A stretch of 64,000 nt of DNA from Aureispira sp. (GTDB lineage Bacteria; Bacteroidota; Bacteroidia; Chitinophagales; Saprospiraceae). The notes under the pieces were generated by a model. It was given only the letters and a program-made list of their open reading frames with translations, was not told the DNA's origin and searched no databases. The translations under genes were made by a program, and so were the position numbers. The first letter of the stretch is position 1. Each line of letters opens with the position of its first letter. Below, one piece after another: positions 1 to 8,709 of the stretch. The DNA is taken from contig JBOEFW010000016.1 in assembly GCA_050633105.1 (NCBI GenBank), forward strand, positions 160,195 through 224,194. The letters are read 5' to 3'.

Positions 1-455
1 GTCGCGTCCTCTGATCTTCGGGCAAGAGCAAATTGACCACGGCCGTAATCTTCTGGTGCATCAATTTCCATAATAACCTGTGGTTCCTTAACAACCATTC
101 CCGCTCGATCTAAGCTATAAGCGTATAAGATTGTTTTTTTCTTTTTGGTAATGGAGTAATAAACATAGGCTTTTTCTGACTCTCCTGTTACAAATTCTAA
201 ATTAGCTTTCTTATCAGGCAATGTCACCGTTGCTAATGTTTCAGGAAGCAATGTCTTTTTATTATAACGTTCAAGAAGATAGGCCTTTTTGCTAGAAGAG
301 AAGGTATAAAGATAGCCCTCTGATTCTTGTAAAAAGTAGTTAATGTAATTCTTGTTCTTTAACTGTTCTGGAAACCGAGCAGTCAATTCTTGTTGCCCCA
401 AAAGGCTAGTAAAAAACCCACAAAAGCAGAGCAACAAGCTAATACCAACTTTCAT
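1..455 (-). CDS. hypothetical secreted protein, C-terminal part cut by window edge
   Basis: ATG at 453-455 on the minus strand, followed by a signal-like N-terminus (MKVGISLLLCFCGFFTSLLGQQ). I hand-translated from 455 down to about 241 with no stop; below that I assume the frame stays open to position 1. It is absent from the ORF track because it has no stop in the window. Confidence 0.5.
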   Translation of the reverse strand, partial: MKVGISLLLCFCGFFTSLLGQQELTARFPEQLKNKNYINYFLQESEGYLYTFSSSKKAYLLERYNKKTLLPETLATVTLPDKKANLEFVTGESEKAYVYYSITKKKKTILYAYSLDRAGMVVKEPQVIMEIDAPEDYGRGQFALARRSEDA

Positions 456-869
456 AAAAGATAGATTTAGTTTAAAATAAGGGAAGATCAAAAATACACA
501 AACACTTACTATTATGATCTTGTATAATTTCCCCCTTCTTAATTTTTTCGCAAAAAAAAACAAAGACGTTAAAAACAAGCAAAATACAGACACTATTGTA
601 CGAATGGATCTTGTAATTATCCGAATGGCCCATGCTTTTAAAAAATAAGCAAACAGTTCTCCACAATAAGCCCTTTGGGCTTACACGAAAAGCAAATCAT
701 TTTGTTTCAAAAATGATGTCATTTTTATTCAAAACAACTTAAAAAAGTCTCAAAAAGCATTTTTTTCGTTTTTAAAACATTTTGTTTGGTTTTAATTTTT
801 GAATCTAAAACATTTTGTTTTATGTTTGTGTACAGACAGATATTACAGACACCAGAAAAAGTATTGCAT

Positions 870-1781
870 ATGATGATTGTAAACAAAAATGTACCCGTTG
901 TAGTAAAACGTGCGGTTGATAATAGCCTTCAACAATTTAAGCGCTTTGTGAAGCAAATTTGGGTTCGTGTAGCCTTTTTTGCTTTAGTTATTTTATTACT
1001 CACACAAAAGGAATTCAGTGTTCAATTTACTATTGGCAACCCTAATCAACAGACAGCCAGCATAGTAGATGCTACACCACCTCCTACACCCAAAGCTTAC
1101 GCAACAACTGTTGCTCATCAAAGCCCTGCCAGTAAAAATAAAAAATGGTGGCAAACAATTCGCGATGAAAAGAAAGATATTCGTCACCAATTGAACTTAG
1201 CAAATGCTGCTACGGCTGTAGGTGCTGCTCTCACGCCAGAACAACAGAAAAAAGCCATGCAGTATTCCAACTTAGGCTTTGTCTTGAATCCTGGTTATGC
1301 TGAAAAGCATCGTGTAGACCCTGCCATTGTTGCCATGAAAAACAAATTGTGTCTAGATTATATTACTCGATACAGTAAGACCGCTCAAGAGGAAGCCAAT
1401 TTGTTTAATATTCCTGCCAGTATCACTTTAGCACAAGGACTATTAGAAAGCAATGTAGGCGCCAGTTCTTTGGCCGTAAAAGAGAACAACCATTTTGGTA
1501 TTAAGTGCCGCAAAAAATGTATTGGTTGCCGTTGTGCGAACTACACGGATGACAGCCGTTATGACATGTTTCGCATCTTTGATTCTGCTTGGGAAAGCTT
1601 CCGTGAGCACAGCAAATTATTAGGCAACAAACGCTACAAGCATTTGTCGAAATTACCAAGAACAGATTATGTGAACTGGGCCAATGGTTTACAAGCCGCA
1701 GGTTATGCCACAGACAAGAAATACGCTTCCAAGCTAATTGCCATTGTCAAGGCCTTAGACTTAGATCGCTTTGACCGTTAA
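870..1781 (+). CDS. membrane-anchored glucosaminidase-domain protein (LytD/FlgJ-type N-acetylglucosaminidase family)
   Basis: The C-terminal half carries glucosaminidase-like patterns (ASITLAQGLLESN, NNHFGIK, FDSAWESFREHSKLL, GYATDKKYASKL). There is an N-terminal TM helix (VAFFALVILLLT). The track start at 786 is TTG, so I chose the first ATG at 870. Confidence 0.7.
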   Translation: MMIVNKNVPVVVKRAVDNSLQQFKRFVKQIWVRVAFFALVILLLTQKEFSVQFTIGNPNQQTASIVDATPPPTPKAYATTVAHQSPASKNKKWWQTIRDEKKDIRHQLNLANAATAVGAALTPEQQKKAMQYSNLGFVLNPGYAEKHRVDPAIVAMKNKLCLDYITRYSKTAQEEANLFNIPASITLAQGLLESNVGASSLAVKENNHFGIKCRKKCIGCRCANYTDDSRYDMFRIFDSAWESFREHSKLLGNKRYKHLSKLPRTDYVNWANGLQAAGYATDKKYASKLIAIVKALDLDRFDR

Positions 1782-1828
1782 TACACCCATTGTTAGGCCT
1801 AGGTATTGTCCTTATAGAGCGTACCACT

Positions 1829-2257
1829 ATGTTAATAACTATGATTGAACAAATTAGTAACTATTTTAGAAGAATTGGAGTAGAGCATGAAACAGATGCC
1901 CAGCGTCAAGCGCTTTACTTTGATGTAGAAACACCACAAGGCGCCTGGCAATGCCTCATTTTAGTCAATAGAAATAAAGAAATGCGCAGTGGGATTGGTT
2001 TTTATTCTACTCTACCCACAAAGGTACCCGATTTACTCCGCAACCACATGGCACTCTTCTTAATGTGCCTTAATAATGATCGCATTTTCGGAAATTTTGA
2101 ACTCGACCCACAAACAGGCGATTTGCATTTCAAAACCTACATTGATTTTGAAAATCGAGGCTTCTCTGAAAAGGCAGTAGAGCGCAATATGCTCATAAAT
2201 ATTTCCATTATGCAACAGCATATGCCCAAATTAACAAAAATGATACAGCGCGCCTAA
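1829..2257 (+). CDS. YbjN-like small cytoplasmic protein (tentative)
   Basis: Length and pattern recall the YbjN family (putative sensory transduction regulator) from memory only. The track start at 1790 is TTG; the ATGs at 1829 or 1841 are more plausible. Confidence 0.4.
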   Translation: MLITMIEQISNYFRRIGVEHETDAQRQALYFDVETPQGAWQCLILVNRNKEMRSGIGFYSTLPTKVPDLLRNHMALFLMCLNNDRIFGNFELDPQTGDLHFKTYIDFENRGFSEKAVERNMLINISIMQQHMPKLTKMIQRA

Positions 2258-2304
2258 AATCCTGAATTACAGCACGTTCATTTTCTTAAAACCCATTTTC
2301 CATA

Positions 2305-2346
2305 GCTCTATGCTCGCTAAAATAGCCGAGCGTAGAGCTTTTTTTT
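2305..2346 (+). terminator. Rho-independent terminator after the 1829-2257 gene
   Basis: Stem gctctatgctcg / cgagcgtagagc (one wobble or mismatch) followed by a T8 run. Confidence 0.6.
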
Positions 2347-2542
2347 AAACTATTCTTACTTTCCAACCAACCATTAAGGATTTCTGCTCGTTTTTAGGTA
2401 TGTTAACACTCGTTATACAAAATAAAATTTCGAACAAAAAAAACAGGACGGGACAACATTTATTGAAAAGGTGTCGTTTTGGTTACAGTAGCAAATTTTA
2501 TTTTACAGAGTACTTTAGTATTTATAAGTAAAACGACTCACA

Positions 2543-2782
2543 ATGAAGTATAACATTACAAAAAACGATTTAGTAAGCGACCTCTACGGAGAAACAGATT
2601 ATTTGCAACGTATGGCAATCCAATCTGCAGAGCGCTGCGATAGTGATATAAGAGCAACCAAAGCCAGCTTAAAAGCAGCCAAGGATTTATTAGATGATGC
2701 GGCTTTACAGCCACCAGATTTTGTATTGCGCCAAGTGCTCAATTACAGCAAACATTCTACCTTAGAGACCGAAGTCAACTAA
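2543..2782 (+). CDS. small hypothetical protein (79 aa)
   Basis: ATG-initiated ORF with ordinary composition and a terminator downstream. No recognisable motif. Confidence 0.4.
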   Translation: MKYNITKNDLVSDLYGETDYLQRMAIQSAERCDSDIRATKASLKAAKDLLDDAALQPPDFVLRQVLNYSKHSTLETEVN

Positions 2783-2845
2783 TAGGATCTTCACTTCCTA
2801 TCACCTTCAAAGAAAACAACATTGTTCTTTTTTTAAGAAAAGAGC

Positions 2846-2888
2846 ATAAAAAAAGCTACTACCTCTTTCGAGAATAGTAGCTTTTTTA
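2846..2888. terminator. bidirectional terminator between convergent genes
   Basis: Stem agctacta (2854-2861) / tagtagct (2875-2882), flanked by an A-run upstream and a T-run downstream. It sits between the 2782 (+) and 2906 (-) gene ends. Confidence 0.6.
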
Positions 2889-2905
2889 GTGCTATAGAAG
2901 AACGA

Positions 2906-3328
2906 TTATTCTTCTACTTCCAGGCGTTCCACGACCTCTTGAACTTTTTCGGCTAACTTCTTCAAATCTTTTTCGGTTTGTAGATCATTCACACTCTCAA
3001 AACCTTGTTTCGATTTTTGAACTTGTTCTTTGATCCGTTTTGTTTCTTTTGCCAATTGGAAGAGCTCTTCTTTATCAGAACTGTCCTCTGCTTGTTCTCG
3101 CAATTTATCCAGCAAAGATCCTAATTGATCGATACTATCGTCATAGGTTCCTTCTTTTATTTTGTTGCCTTCATGCTTAAAAATACTAAAGATCCCTTTA
3201 ACAGTTTGCTTGGCACTTCCAATAACTTCGCGCCCCATTTGTTGCTCTTGTGTGCTGCCAAATAGTTGTGTGTAGACCACCCACCCAACAACAAAAAAGA
3301 AGACCAACGTAATTAATTTCCCTAACAT
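2906..3328 (-). CDS. membrane-anchored coiled-coil hypothetical protein
   Basis: N-terminal TM helix (LITLVFFFVVGWVVY) followed by a K/E-rich helical region. Confidence 0.55.
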   Translation of the reverse strand: MLGKLITLVFFFVVGWVVYTQLFGSTQEQQMGREVIGSAKQTVKGIFSIFKHEGNKIKEGTYDDSIDQLGSLLDKLREQAEDSSDKEELFQLAKETKRIKEQVQKSKQGFESVNDLQTEKDLKKLAEKVQEVVERLEVEE

Positions 3329-3405
3329 ATTGTTTACTGCTATTTTAATAGACTACTTAATAAAAAGCCTGCTTGGTTTATAATAATCTCCGATAAGCCC
3401 TGTAT

Positions 3406-4179
3406 CTACAGACGCCCTTTGGGAGGATTTTCTTTTTTCTTTAAGCGTTTTTGTTTGTTTTTCAACAAATATCCGCGTTCATCATCATTCAAGAAAGGAA
3501 TTACTAAGGAAACAGTAAAGCCAAAATGACTAAAATTGTCTTCTAAAGCCCGTGCTTGATCGGGAGGCGTTTGATTGATATTCTGCGCAAAAGGCCCAAC
3601 TTGTTCTGTTGCATGAAATTGATAATAAGGGCGAAGACGCAACAAATAAAAATAGTCTCCTCGTTGAGCTTTTTTTAATAAAAATCGAAGGCGAATCGCA
3701 TAATCCAAATACACTTCTGGAACAATGACATACCGTTCAATTGGGGTTTCATAATTACCACCAAAAGAATAACGGTAGCGTTGGCCTCCCAAATGTAACG
3801 CTGCTCCTACTGTAAAATGATGGCGCAAAAAAGGCTTATAGCCTACTCTAGCACTAGCTGACAAATAATTCACTACGACTTCCGCGCGTTCCTTGAGTTG
3901 ATTCGGATTGATACTCACTTGCTGGTTCACTAAATTACCATAGGCCAATTCAATCAAAGCATGCCTTGTATAACGTCCTACACCTACTCGGTAACCATGC
4001 CAGTTGTTTTGCAAAGGGGCAATACTATGACTTTCTACACTATTAAAAGTGCTGATAATTTGATTGCTTCCCTGCAAATTAATGGCAGCAAAATTATAGC
4101 CGCCAAACATATAGTATTGGCCAGAGGCAATAGAAATAAAACAAAACAGGAAGGGGACAAACAGTAAAGGAGCGCGCAT
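3406..4179 (-). CDS. putative outer-membrane beta-barrel protein
   Basis: Signal peptide (MRAPLLFVPFLFCFISIASGQ) and alternating aromatic/glycine beta-strand-like pattern. No family recognised. Confidence 0.5.
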   Translation of the reverse strand: MRAPLLFVPFLFCFISIASGQYYMFGGYNFAAINLQGSNQIISTFNSVESHSIAPLQNNWHGYRVGVGRYTRHALIELAYGNLVNQQVSINPNQLKERAEVVVNYLSASARVGYKPFLRHHFTVGAALHLGGQRYRYSFGGNYETPIERYVIVPEVYLDYAIRLRFLLKKAQRGDYFYLLRLRPYYQFHATEQVGPFAQNINQTPPDQARALEDNFSHFGFTVSLVIPFLNDDERGYLLKNKQKRLKKKENPPKGRL

Positions 4180-4239
4180 ATCAATATTCTTGGGGTTGAA
4201 CGATAGAATTCAAAGATACAAAATTAGAACTATTGCACC

Positions 4240-5154
4240 TTATTTTACCAACAAGTAGCTCGCAATTAGCGCCAAAACAATGCCTAAGGCATTTAGAGGC
4301 GTCAACCGTTCTTTGAAAAAAAAGTAGCCCAAAACCGCAGAAATCGCAACGACTGTAATGTTATTAACCGAATAAACAACCGACCCGTTCCAACTTTCTA
4401 AAGCGCGCAACAAAAAGTAAATAGAGAAATAATTAGGAATACCTAAAGCAATGCCTGCCAGGAAGTTTTTCCAAGCTAGACGTTGTCTCATAACAACAAT
4501 GCCAACCACACCAAAAGTACCTGCCAAGGCAAACAAAACAATCGACTCTACTGCTGGTTGCATCTCATGCACAACATGGAGGTATTGCAAAATGATTTCT
4601 ATAAAAACAGAGACTAAAAAGGTTATGATAGGGTATAGAAAAATCCATTTTGATAATTCTTTTTTAGCAACAATAGGGGCACCTAAAGCTTCTGAGGAAT
4701 TCTGCTCTGAAACATCACCAGTAGCCACCCCTACTTCCTTATGCTTGGCAGGAACATTAATCAACAAAACAGATAGCAAAGCCAACGCAATTCCCAACAA
4801 AGTCAAACTCGTATAAGGGTCGTTATAAAACCAAATAGAAAAAGGAACAGACAATCCCAAAGACATCCGCTGCGCCACAGAGGAAATAGCAATTCCAAAA
4901 TGCTGAACGGTTCTACTTACAAAATTAAACCCACTCACAAACAGCAAACCCAGTACTAACATAATGGGCATCCAATCGGCTTGCAACATGGACGCTTCAA
5001 AAGGCACTGCTCCTAGCGCCAAACAGCCTGTAATAACACAAATCAAATAATTAAAAACAATGGCCTGAAAATGATCAATGTTGTACTTATCAAACATCTT
5101 AAAAACAACACCAATAGCAACAGAGCAGAAAATAGCCAGTACGATATAAAACAA
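4240..5154 (-). CDS. DMT-superfamily (EamA-like) permease
   Basis: About 10 hydrophobic segments in two halves separated by a polar loop. The overall pattern resembles EamA/RhaT transporters. Confidence 0.55.
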   Translation of the reverse strand: MFYIVLAIFCSVAIGVVFKMFDKYNIDHFQAIVFNYLICVITGCLALGAVPFEASMLQADWMPIMLVLGLLFVSGFNFVSRTVQHFGIAISSVAQRMSLGLSVPFSIWFYNDPYTSLTLLGIALALLSVLLINVPAKHKEVGVATGDVSEQNSSEALGAPIVAKKELSKWIFLYPIITFLVSVFIEIILQYLHVVHEMQPAVESIVLFALAGTFGVVGIVVMRQRLAWKNFLAGIALGIPNYFSIYFLLRALESWNGSVVYSVNNITVVAISAVLGYFFFKERLTPLNALGIVLALIASYLLVK

Positions 5155-5187
5155 AACAGTAGTATTTAAAGGTAAAAGAGTCGCCTG

Positions 5188-6234
5188 TTAGACAACTTGA
5201 TTATAGTAATAAGATAAGGTATTATCAAAGAGAGGAATAGTATGCTGATACCCTTTCATAGATAATATAGGTGCAGCAATTCCTTGTCCCAAAATCGTTG
5301 AACTCTGCAAGATACGTGCTTCATCCCACAAATTCGATTCTAAGAAAGAAGTGAGCACCTGCGCTCCACCTTCAACAAGTAAAGATTGGATTTTTTCCTG
5401 ATAAAGATAAGCCAGCAATTGCGGTAAAAAAGGTGCTTCTGTCTTTAACGTAACAAAGCGAACATTCTCCCACTGAGGTGTATTTGTTTGTGTGGTAAAA
5501 ACCCAAGTAGGCAGCGTACCATCAAATAAAGCCAAGCTTTTAGGCAGGCGTAAGGATCGATCGATCACCAAACGCAAAGGTTGCCTTCCAGCCCAAAAAC
5601 GATTGGTCAAACTAGGGTTATCCAATAAAGCAGTATTGGTACCTACCAAAATCGCCGTTTCTTGGCGACGCCATTGATGTACCAATCGTTGACTCCAAGC
5701 ATTAGAAATAAGCACGCGTTTTTCTGGATCGCCTATAAAACCATCCTTACTCTGCGCATATTTCAACACCACATAAGGGCGTTTTTCTTGTACATTTGTA
5801 AAAAAACGACGCGTCAAATGAGCCGCTTCTTTCTCCAATACTCCAACCTTAACCTCCACACCTTTTGCCTTTAGCAAAGCAATGCTTTGTCCTGCCACTT
5901 GTTCAAAAGGATCTCTGCAAGCAATGACCACTCTAGCAATTTGTTCTTTCAAGATCAACTGTACACAAGGAGGTGTTTTCCCGTGATGGAAACAAGGCTC
6001 TAAGGTCACATATAAGGTAGATTTTGGTAAGAAAGGACGATCAATGGGCAATACTGCTGCCACGGCATTAACTTCAGCATGGCCTTGCCCATATTGTTGA
6101 TGATATCCTTCGCCAATAATTCTATCCTCATAGACCAAAACTGCCCCGACCCTAGGGTTGGGTGCGTTATTGCCATTCGCAGCGCGAGCAATAATGATAG
6201 CACGCTGCATGTATTGCTCTTCTTTTGTTAGCAT
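5188..6234 (-). CDS. ribD: bifunctional riboflavin biosynthesis deaminase/reductase RibD
   Basis: Zinc deaminase motifs HAEVNA and TLEPCFHHGKTPPC, followed by a reductase-type C-terminal half. The start was moved to MLTKEEQYMQRA (6234) because the longer track ORF runs through the serS terminator. Confidence 0.9.
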   Translation of the reverse strand: MLTKEEQYMQRAIIIARAANGNNAPNPRVGAVLVYEDRIIGEGYHQQYGQGHAEVNAVAAVLPIDRPFLPKSTLYVTLEPCFHHGKTPPCVQLILKEQIARVVIACRDPFEQVAGQSIALLKAKGVEVKVGVLEKEAAHLTRRFFTNVQEKRPYVVLKYAQSKDGFIGDPEKRVLISNAWSQRLVHQWRRQETAILVGTNTALLDNPSLTNRFWAGRQPLRLVIDRSLRLPKSLALFDGTLPTWVFTTQTNTPQWENVRFVTLKTEAPFLPQLLAYLYQEKIQSLLVEGGAQVLTSFLESNLWDEARILQSSTILGQGIAAPILSMKGYQHTIPLFDNTLSYYYNQVV

Positions 6235-6253
6235 AACTATTTTAGTTCTGTCC

Positions 6254-6288
6254 TTAAAAAAAGAAAATGCCCCGAAAGGCATTTTCTT
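6254..6288 (-). terminator. Rho-independent terminator of serS
   Basis: On the minus strand: stem gaaaatgcc / ggcattttc, extendable to 11 bp, followed by a T-run (the plus-strand A-run at 6256-6262). It lies 32 nt after the serS stop. Confidence 0.75.
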
Positions 6289-6319
6289 AATTCATTCTTC
6301 CTTTGTTAAGTCGTACGTT

Positions 6320-7597
6320 TTAACGAATCCATTCAAATCCCGTGTATTTCTGAAGGGCCGTAGGAACTCTAATTCCCTCTGGCGTTTGGTTGTTTTCTAA
6401 AATAGTTGCCAAAATACGAGGCAGTGCTAAAGCAGAACCATTTAAGGTATGCGCCAAGTGATTTTTACCTGTTTCCGTATCCTTGTAACGCAATTTCAAA
6501 CGATTGGTCTGGAAAACTTCAAAGTTAGAAATAGAACTTACTTCCAACCAACGTTCTTGCGCCGCAGAATAGGTTTCAAAATCATAAGTAATCGCTGCCG
6601 CAAAGCCAAGATCGCCCCCACATAAGAGTAGAATTTGATAAGGCAATTCTAACTTTTGTAACAATTGCTCTACATGGTTGCACATTTCCTGAAGTGTATC
6701 ATAAGACTTGTCAGGATGTTGCACTTGTACAATCTCTACTTTATCAAATTGATGTAGGCGATTAAGTCCACGTACATGTGCGCCATAAGACCCCGCTTCG
6801 CGACGGAAACAGGGCGTATGTCCTGTCAACTTAATTGGCAAATCAGCTTCTTTAACAACCACATCTCTGTAGATATTGGTCAACGGTACTTCCGCTGTTG
6901 GAATAACGTATAAATCGTCTTTCTCTACATGGTACATTTGTCCTTCCTTATCAGGCAACTGTCCTGTTCCTCTAGCAGAAGCTTCATTGACCATATAAGG
7001 CAATTGATATTCTTTGTAGCCAGCGGCTTCTGCTTCATCTAAGAAAAAGCTAATGAGGGCACGCTGCAAGCGAGCTCCTTTTCCAACATAGACAGGAAAA
7101 CCCGCGCCTGTAATTTTAGCGCCCATTTCAAAGTCAATAAGGTTGTATTTCTTAGCCAATTCCCAATGTGGCAAGGCTTCTTCTTTCATAGAAGGCAAGT
7201 CCTTTCCCCAAGCTTGTTTTACTTGATTGTCTTCATCAGAGAATCCTTCTGGTACGATGTCATTCGCACAGTTAGGCATTTGCAACAACAAATCCTCCAA
7301 AGTATCTTTGGTAGCATTCAAGTCATTTTTAACGGAGGACATCATTGTCTTCAGTTCGCTTCCACGCTCTTTCTTAGCGCCAGCTTCTGCTCCTTTTCCT
7401 GTCTTATATAATTCCTTGATCTCGCCAGCAATACTGTTACTTTCGGACTGGTGGGATTCTAATGTTTGTTGTAATTCTTTGCGACGGTCATCCATCTGCA
7501 AAATCTGATCAACGAGCTGTTCTTCCTTGTTGTTACGAACGCGTAAGCTCTTCAAAACGCGCTCTTTGTTGTCTCTAATAAAACTAACTGGTAGCAT
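6320..7597 (-). CDS. serS: serine--tRNA ligase
   Basis: N-terminal coiled-coil arm plus class II aaRS core motifs (TPCFRREAGS, NGSALALPR). The 425 aa length is typical. Confidence 0.95.
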   Translation of the reverse strand: MLPVSFIRDNKERVLKSLRVRNNKEEQLVDQILQMDDRRKELQQTLESHQSESNSIAGEIKELYKTGKGAEAGAKKERGSELKTMMSSVKNDLNATKDTLEDLLLQMPNCANDIVPEGFSDEDNQVKQAWGKDLPSMKEEALPHWELAKKYNLIDFEMGAKITGAGFPVYVGKGARLQRALISFFLDEAEAAGYKEYQLPYMVNEASARGTGQLPDKEGQMYHVEKDDLYVIPTAEVPLTNIYRDVVVKEADLPIKLTGHTPCFRREAGSYGAHVRGLNRLHQFDKVEIVQVQHPDKSYDTLQEMCNHVEQLLQKLELPYQILLLCGGDLGFAAAITYDFETYSAAQERWLEVSSISNFEVFQTNRLKLRYKDTETGKNHLAHTLNGSALALPRILATILENNQTPEGIRVPTALQKYTGFEWIR

Positions 7598-7645
7598 GTG
7601 AAATGCGGTCTATTGGTGAATGGTAATATAATATATAGTATAGGT

Positions 7646-7663
7646 GTTCCTAAATTTAGGAAC
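7646..7663. promoter_or_regulatory. perfect 18-bp palindrome in the serS 5' region
   Basis: GTTCCTAAATTTAGGAAC, located 49-66 nt upstream of the serS start codon. Its function is unknown; it could be an operator or a 5' UTR hairpin. Confidence 0.3.
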
Positions 7664-8709
7664 GTTTCTCCTAGAATTGATAAAAGCAATTCTACTCCTG
7701 AGAAGTTCCCTTACAACGAAGTTAAGGGTTATTTTGAATAAATTTGGTTTATTCTATCCCAATATAGAAACAAGCCCCATTAGTACGGCTATTTTTCTAT
7801 GCTTCTTTCTTAGAAAAACGATTTTAGGGCCTATTCCTTCTAATCTCCAAAAAATTCAGGAGATAGTATCTAGTGATTTAAGAAGACTAGATTCCATGCT
7901 GGAATGTTTTTTGTTTACTTTTTTATAGACATTAGAATCAAACAGTTCTTTCCACCGAATAGCTTTTTTGAGGGAGAAGCGTTTTAAAATCAATGTTAGC
8001 TTGGTAAATTCAAGCTATATTTATTAATAATAAAGCTTTTTAAGTGCCATGTAGCAGTAATTTAGTCACGTTTGGCATATTTTTTAAGCTTGCTGTTTGA
8101 ATTCAAAATTTAAAGTGTAGTTTTGTACTACCAATTCAGAGAATACATATCTCGCTAAGCAATCCAACACTGCTTATTTGTTTGACCAATCATACCATAT
8201 CTTTCCGATACCATCCTCACTTTTTACAACTGCTAACTATATATCCTACCAATCCATTAAGGTATTTGGTCTTTTAGTAAGTTTACTTTTTGTGGAAACG
8301 GATTTTTCTTTGTCAATCAACAAAAAAGCATTGGGTTGTTCAGAAAAGGTGAAGTCACCTTGTTAGAGATGGGGTTTCCTTCCTTTAACTCTGTATCATG
8401 CAATACTTTAGAAAACTGCATTTTACTTTACCTAAGACGTTACTGTTGAGGTAATGCCTATTAATCTATAATGATTTATTTTTTAGGCGTGTACAAAAGG
8501 CTCCAATTACCCCCATTGCGTGTCCACTAGTTCATTAGTCAATTCCGAACAAATAACCATTTTGGTTTTTTATAACGTTACAACCACCCAATAATTCCCG
8601 CCCAATAAAAATCGTTGTTGATAAAAAAACAACATCTAATACTAATTAGTAGTATCAGACCTAAGACAAACTTATTTTATTAACTTAATATCATTCAACC
8701 TATCTTTGT

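Noticed and set aside
786-869. The longer N-terminal extensions offered by the ORF track for several genes: 786 for the glucosaminidase, 6282 for ribD, 12284 for the lipoprotein, 16047, 36558, 42295 and 62158.
   Set aside because: The extensions start at TTG or GTG, or run through terminators or the upstream gene. In-frame ATGs downstream give proper signal peptides, lipoboxes or conserved N-termini.
6235-6319. FMN riboswitch upstream of ribD.
   Set aside because: Only 85 nt are available, and they are occupied by the serS terminator hairpin. None of the conserved FMN-element sequence blocks are visible.
7644-8366. ORFs 7644-7928 and 8178-8366 in the serS-rho intergenic region.
   Set aside because: They have non-ATG starts, hydrophobic low-complexity translations and no recognisable motifs. 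I treat the region as non-coding (see the finding on this region).
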